This document shows, one piece after another, positions 31,764 to 35,429 of a DNA stretch of 35,429 bases. This DNA comes from Clostridia bacterium (GTDB lineage: Bacteria; Bacillota; Clostridia; Oscillospirales; CAG-272). The notes beneath the pieces were generated by a model. The model was not told where the DNA came from. It was given only the letters and a program-made list of their open reading frames with translations, and did not search any database. The stretch's first letter is position 1. Each line of letters begins with the position of its first letter. The position numbers and the translations under genes were made by a program. Location of the stretch: contig JAFTXB010000207.1 in assembly GCA_017461825.1 (NCBI GenBank), positions 1-35,429 of the forward strand, written 5' to 3'.

Positions 31764-33035
31764 TTACAGATTCAGATACAGCGTAAATTTATCCGCCGTG
31801 GCTTGGAACTGATAATAGGCTCCGTATTTATTACAGAATGCCGCGATCGAGCGTGTGCCGAATCCGTGATCGTGCTCGCGGTTGACGGGAATGCCGTTGT
31901 CGTCAAATTCCACTTGCCCGTTGTAGGTGTTGCTGATCTGCACCATGAATTGCGGTGTTGACAGCACCTTGATATCGATGACACGCGGCTGTCCGTTCTC
32001 CAGTTTTTCGCAAGCGTGAATGGCGTTTTCGATCGCGTTGGCAAACACGGTTGCCAGCTCGGTCTCGTTGATGGGAATGGGTTCGGGGAAGGCAACGCCC
32101 ACGTTGACCGTAATGCCCTTGCTCTCGGCGCTTTTGATAAAGGTTGAAAGAACGGCATCGATCACGGCATTTTTGCAGTATCGCTTGACCTGCGTTTCGC
32201 GCAGGTTGTCGTTGTACTGTACCATCAGCTTGCGAAGCTCGTCATACTGTCCCGTTTCCACGAGGTTTGTGATGATCTTCATTTTGTGACGGAGGTTGTG
32301 GCGTTCCTCACGGAACTTTTCGTCTGCCGCCGCCAGCTCCTCGATCCGCGCCGAGGTGTTGTGCACCTGAAGTTTTAGGATGTTCTCCTGCTCTGCCACG
32401 TCATGGAATTTTTGCTGTGCGATCAGGGTTACGAAAATATGGATGTAGATAACGGGGATGAGGATAAAGAGCAGGATCGCCGCGGGCAGATACTCGGGGC
32501 GGGAGGTGATGATGGTTGGGCGGTTTATGACCAGCGTCATGAGCACGTAAAACAGCGCGCCGATGACGGCAAAGACATACCAACCGCGTTTTACCTGATT
32601 CTGCACCCCCAAAAAGATCGGACGGATCTTTTTGTAAATGAGCCATTCCAGAATCGGATAGATGACGAGACGAGTGGCAAACATGAGGATATTGGTATCG
32701 GGAGTTACATAAAAATCGATGATGGCCGTTATGTAAATGATCTCCAGTACCACGGTATCCACGAGACAGAAGGTGAAAAAGAAGCGTCCGTCACGGTTCT
32801 TTGCCAGAAACCAAAACACGATCAGGCTGGGGAGCGAGAGCGTCAACAGCATCAGAACGCCCATGGTGTCAGCGTCGACGAGAAACGTAAGCACGGTGTT
32901 GACTGCAATAAGAGGGATCATGGTGGAAAAGGTAATGGCTCTCATTTTCTTTTTCGGATACCGCGATTCAAACAGCATCAGAAACAGAACAAGAGTGTGG
33001 ACCATAGACCACAAAAGTGAAAATGCTCTGAGCAT
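31764..33035 (-). CDS. Membrane sensor histidine kinase of the AgrC/LytTR-partner (GHKL, SpoOB-type) class
   Basis: 423 aa. About 6 N-terminal TM segments. Phospho-acceptor region EERHNLRHKMKII. C-terminal ATPase blocks FANAIENAIHAC and HGFGTRSIAAF. It starts 2 nt after the response-regulator stop. Confidence 0.75.
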   Translation of the reverse strand: MLRAFSLLWSMVHTLVLFLMLFESRYPKKKMRAITFSTMIPLIAVNTVLTFLVDADTMGVLMLLTLSLPSLIVFWFLAKNRDGRFFFTFCLVDTVVLEIIYITAIIDFYVTPDTNILMFATRLVIYPILEWLIYKKIRPIFLGVQNQVKRGWYVFAVIGALFYVLMTLVINRPTIITSRPEYLPAAILLFILIPVIYIHIFVTLIAQQKFHDVAEQENILKLQVHNTSARIEELAAADEKFREERHNLRHKMKIITNLVETGQYDELRKLMVQYNDNLRETQVKRYCKNAVIDAVLSTFIKSAESKGITVNVGVAFPEPIPINETELATVFANAIENAIHACEKLENGQPRVIDIKVLSTPQFMVQISNTYNGQVEFDDNGIPVNREHDHGFGTRSIAAFCNKYGAYYQFQATADKFTLYLNL

Positions 33036-33037
33036 GG

Positions 33038-33781
33038 TTATCTGCTACCCTCCCCGTTAAACCAAAAATCGTTCCACGCGGCGCGGATCTCCTGACAGGC
33101 TTTTTTGCCGAGATAGGCGCGGTGTTTATCCCGAAAGACCAATGCGTCGCTTTCGACCATGGTGATGTGGTGCATATTTGCCACCATGCCTGCACCGCAA
33201 AGGACGAAGCGGCTGTCCTCGAGAAGTGGGGACACAGCCTCGGTAAAGGTGGTGCGCAGGGTGGTACATTCCACCGTCTTGCCGCCGACCAGATGATAGA
33301 CGATCGCGCGTTTGGTAAGCACGGCATACAGGATGCTGTCAAATTGCAGCTTGACGCTGTTTTGCTTGGTTTTGACAATGATGCTTCGGTTTTTCTGAAC
33401 CGATATGGCATCGTACGCCTCGTCGAGCACCGAAAAAAGCACCGTCTGCTCGATCGGCTTCATGATGTAATGAAACGCCTTGACCTTAAACGAATCGATG
33501 GCGTATTCCTCGCTCGACGTGAGATAGATGATCTTTCCGTCATATCCCGCTTCGCGCAACTTTTGACCAAGCTGAATGCCGTTGAGGTCTCTTTGCATCA
33601 CGATATCAAGGATATAAACGTCAAAGCCGCCGATCTTTCCTGCCGCCGCCAGCAGATCTTCCGTCCACTCAAACGCGGTAAAGGAAACGTTTCTTTCGGG
33701 GTGCGCTTCGGCATAGGCGCGTGCGACGGATATGACCTGATCGCGGCAAACAGCCTCGTCGTCGCAGATTGCGATCCTCAT
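33038..33781 (-). CDS. LytTR-family response regulator
   Basis: The receiver domain reads MRIAICDDE...FDVYILDIVM...IIYLTSSEEYAIDSFKVKAFHYIMKP. The C-terminal LytTR-type DNA-binding domain reads IIVKTKQNSVKLQFDSILYAV...FVLCGAGMVANMHHI. Confidence 0.85.
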   Translation of the reverse strand: MRIAICDDEAVCRDQVISVARAYAEAHPERNVSFTAFEWTEDLLAAAGKIGGFDVYILDIVMQRDLNGIQLGQKLREAGYDGKIIYLTSSEEYAIDSFKVKAFHYIMKPIEQTVLFSVLDEAYDAISVQKNRSIIVKTKQNSVKLQFDSILYAVLTKRAIVYHLVGGKTVECTTLRTTFTEAVSPLLEDSRFVLCGAGMVANMHHITMVESDALVFRDKHRAYLGKKACQEIRAAWNDFWFNGEGSR

Positions 33782-33889
33782 GGTGGATACCTCTTTTCCT
33801 GATGTGATTTATGATTCTACGGTCATTATAGCACAAAAACGCTGATTTGTAAATTACAAATAGAAAAATAAGCAAAAAAATCGGAAAGA

Positions 33890-33922
33890 TTAAGGCGCGT
33901 GTTCTTAAGGACAGTTTTAAGG
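33890..33922. promoter_or_regulatory. Three imperfect TTAAGG-containing direct repeats; candidate LytTR operator
   Basis: gaTTAAGG (33890-33895), gttcTTAAGG (33905-33910), ACAGTTTTAAGG (33917-33922), with 15 and 12 bp spacing. The last resembles the AgrA-type ACAGTTAAG box. The repeats lie 110-140 bp upstream of the response-regulator start. Confidence 0.3.
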
Positions 33923-34053
33923 ATGCGCTACCTACCGACGGGAAATAACAGAGGATGGATTTGTATTCTCTGTCATTTTTCTTTACAAGCACTGCTTTTG
34001 TAGACACAAAAGCAAAATTCAACTCACAGTTGCGAAACGCAACATTGCCTCTA

Positions 34054-34082
34054 TTGTATCAAACCGTAATTTGTGATATAAT
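34054..34082 (+). promoter_or_regulatory. Candidate promoter for the XRE-family gene
   Basis: TTGTAT (34054-34059), 17 nt spacer, extended -10 tgaTATAAT (34074-34082). Confidence 0.5.
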
Positions 34083-34120
34083 AAGACCACACCGGTGATA
34101 ATGAAGCTGTGGAGGTTATT

Positions 34121-34987
34121 ATGGAACTCAAAATCGGAGAAAAGATTGCAAAATATAGAAAACTTAAAGGCTATACGCAGGAACAGCTTGGGGAATTAGT
34201 AGGCGTTTTGGGACAAGCTGTATCGAAATGGGAAAATGGCGGTGTTCCGGACACGTATTTATTACCGACTATTTCTAAGGTTTTAGGGGTGTCAATCGAT
34301 GCCTTATTTGGAGTAGAAAAGAAAATATCTGATTACACTCAAGATGAAATCCTTGATGATTTGTTTAAATTTTGCCTTCAAAAGACACACTGCAAAGATG
34401 AAGGAATAGATTTGTTCAAGTTTTTGTTTGATACTATATGGACTGTACAAAGCGCATATTTCGGGAATGAAAGCCGACCGCTATTAAAAGATGTTGTTGA
34501 CAATAATCGTGGCAATCAGCAAATAACATCACAAATTATCAACAACGAAGGAACAACATATTTGTCACTTGTAGAAAACTTTCCATTCTTTTGTGCTGTC
34601 AGCGATACTCCCGAAATATCAAAAAAGCTATTGTCTGAAAAGAACTTTGGTGAGTTCTTCTCATTGCTTGCTTCGAATGATGGAATGAAGGCAATTGTTT
34701 TCACACAAAGCACAACAGAAACAAGTCAATATACGGCGGATATGATGGCCAAGAAAATTGGAATTACACTTGAAGGATTCCTTGAAATTGAACCGTTACT
34801 TGTTAAATATGGTCTTTTAAATGAAGATAGCTTAACATTGGATGATAGCATAATCAAGGTATATCATAAGTGGAGCAATCCCGAAATCCGTCCGCTATTG
34901 ATGATGGCATACCAATTTATCAATGCAAGACAATGTTATTACGATTTTACCTGCAACAGAACCAAGCCCTATTTCGAAAACGAATAA
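34121..34987 (+). CDS. XRE-family (HTH_3) transcriptional regulator with a C-terminal domain of about 220 aa and unknown function
   Basis: ATG at 34121, 5 nt after GGAGG. The N-terminus IGEKIAKYRKLKGYTQEQLGELVGVLGQAVSKWENGGVPDTYLLPTISKVLGVSIDALFG is a classic Cro/C1 HTH. Confidence 0.8.
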   Translation: MELKIGEKIAKYRKLKGYTQEQLGELVGVLGQAVSKWENGGVPDTYLLPTISKVLGVSIDALFGVEKKISDYTQDEILDDLFKFCLQKTHCKDEGIDLFKFLFDTIWTVQSAYFGNESRPLLKDVVDNNRGNQQITSQIINNEGTTYLSLVENFPFFCAVSDTPEISKKLLSEKNFGEFFSLLASNDGMKAIVFTQSTTETSQYTADMMAKKIGITLEGFLEIEPLLVKYGLLNEDSLTLDDSIIKVYHKWSNPEIRPLLMMAYQFINARQCYYDFTCNRTKPYFENE

Positions 34988-34993
34988 ATTGTG

Positions 34994-35027
34994 CCGCCGA
35001 GAGCAACCAAACGGTTACTCTCGGCGG
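34994..35027 (+). terminator. Hairpin downstream of the XRE gene
   Basis: ccgccgagag (34994-35003) pairs with ctctcggcgg (35018-35027) around a 14-nt loop. The following U-tail (taaaatattct) is weak. Confidence 0.4.
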
Positions 35028-35067
35028 TAAAATATTCTATCACGCAAACACCTTCGGTGGTGAGTAA

Positions 35068-35429
35068 GTGCGCACTTGCAGATAAACAAAAAGCCTCCCT
35101 TGTGTAAAGGGAGGTCGCGAAGCGACTGAGGGATTGTACTCGTGGCAAAACATAATAAAACAATCCCTCCGTCACGGCAAGCCGTGCCACCTCGAGTTGC
35201 CAAAGGCAATCTCGTGACGCTTGCGTCTTCCTTTCTACACAAGGGAGGCTTAAAAATAGTTGCCATATCTGTGGCGGTGGGGCAACTACCGCAAGTGGCG
35301 GATTATTCGACGAGCCTATAGGCTCAGCGTGTGGAATGCCCCAAGGGGGCTTGTGCAAGCCACCGGCACGGCTGGTGGTCATGACTCGTCTGCCATAACA
35401 TAAGGAGCAACTGCAACGGGATGAATCAC
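35068..35429 (+). ncRNA. Large structured RNA, most likely the 5' end (domain I) of a group II intron; truncated by the window edge
   Basis: It begins GTGCG (35068-35072), the group II 5' consensus GUGYG. A 15-bp perfect long-range pairing joins aagcctcccttgtgt (35091-35105) to acacaagggaggctt (35237-35251). That pairing encloses nested helices: gtcgc-gaa-gcgac (35114-35126), gagggattgt/acaatccctc (35128-35137 / 35160-35169), cacgg-caag-ccgtg (35173-35186) and gtcacg/cgtgac (35171-35176 / 35213-35218). Further hairpins are gagcctataggctc, gcccc-aag-ggggc and ccacc...ggtgg. GC here is higher than in the flank. The only ORF here is an antisense one with non-protein-like composition. Confidence 0.45.

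Noticed and set aside
33669-34022. A 117-aa minus-strand ORF upstream of and overlapping the response-regulator start, considered as a possible AgrD/AgrB-like partner.
   Set aside because: It overlaps the regulator's first 113 nt in another frame, has no RBS, and is far too long and too basic for an autoinducing pre-peptide. It has no AgrB-like membrane topology.
1239-34120. Longer N-terminal extensions offered by the ORF track: starts at 1239, 1345(-), 5517, 10312, 13333, 13503, 15015, 27545(-), 27679 and 34109.
   Set aside because: In each case an internal ATG is preceded by a good RBS at proper spacing and yields a family-typical N-terminus or a clean signal peptide or lipobox. The extensions run through promoters (the TTG at 5517 is the -35 TTGACA itself), hairpins (15015) or the divergent neighbour gene.
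34969-35382. A 137-aa ORF on the minus strand at the right end.
   Set aside because: It overlaps the region with dense nested helices and has an odd composition (P/A/G/L/C-rich, no RBS). A structured RNA on the plus strand explains the sequence better.

Overview
This window looks like a mosaic accessory region of a Firmicutes/Clostridia-like genome; the taxon is inferred from RBS style, lipoboxes and gene content. It divides into four parts. (1) 1-354 is the 3' end of an IS66-family element: a transposase C-terminus, then an array of 17-18 bp subterminal repeats. (2) 446-18355 is a lower-GC block (sampled lines about 37-47% GC) carrying a glycan-foraging locus. It holds two AraC regulators, a GH38 alpha-mannosidase, three paralogous BNR/Asp-box beta-propeller (sialidase-fold) proteins, an orphan solute-binding-type lipoprotein, two paralogous secreted GLUG-repeat proteins, a 43-aa small ORF, a NanA/DapA-family aldolase, a YgjV-type small membrane protein and a GH36-like alpha-galactosidase. 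(3) About 18500-33800 is a markedly GC-richer block (sampled lines about 50-60%). It opens with 11-bp-phased ATCACCC/A-tract repeats. It encodes a 150-aa hypothetical protein and a 2338-aa membrane-anchored surface protein whose distal half is built of Cys/His-rich 50-aa repeats. It also carries a third AraC regulator, a GPH-family sugar symporter, a GH2 glycosidase and a LytTR-type two-component pair. (4) 33800-35429 returns to low GC with an XRE-family regulator. A highly structured RNA follows that begins GTGCG, most likely domain I of a group II intron, and runs off the window. I saw no rRNA, tRNA or CRISPR array. The items most worth follow-up are the Cys/His-repeat giant protein, the non-canonical BNR-propeller/GLUG/aldolase locus, the phased repeat array at the compositional boundary, and the terminal structured RNA.
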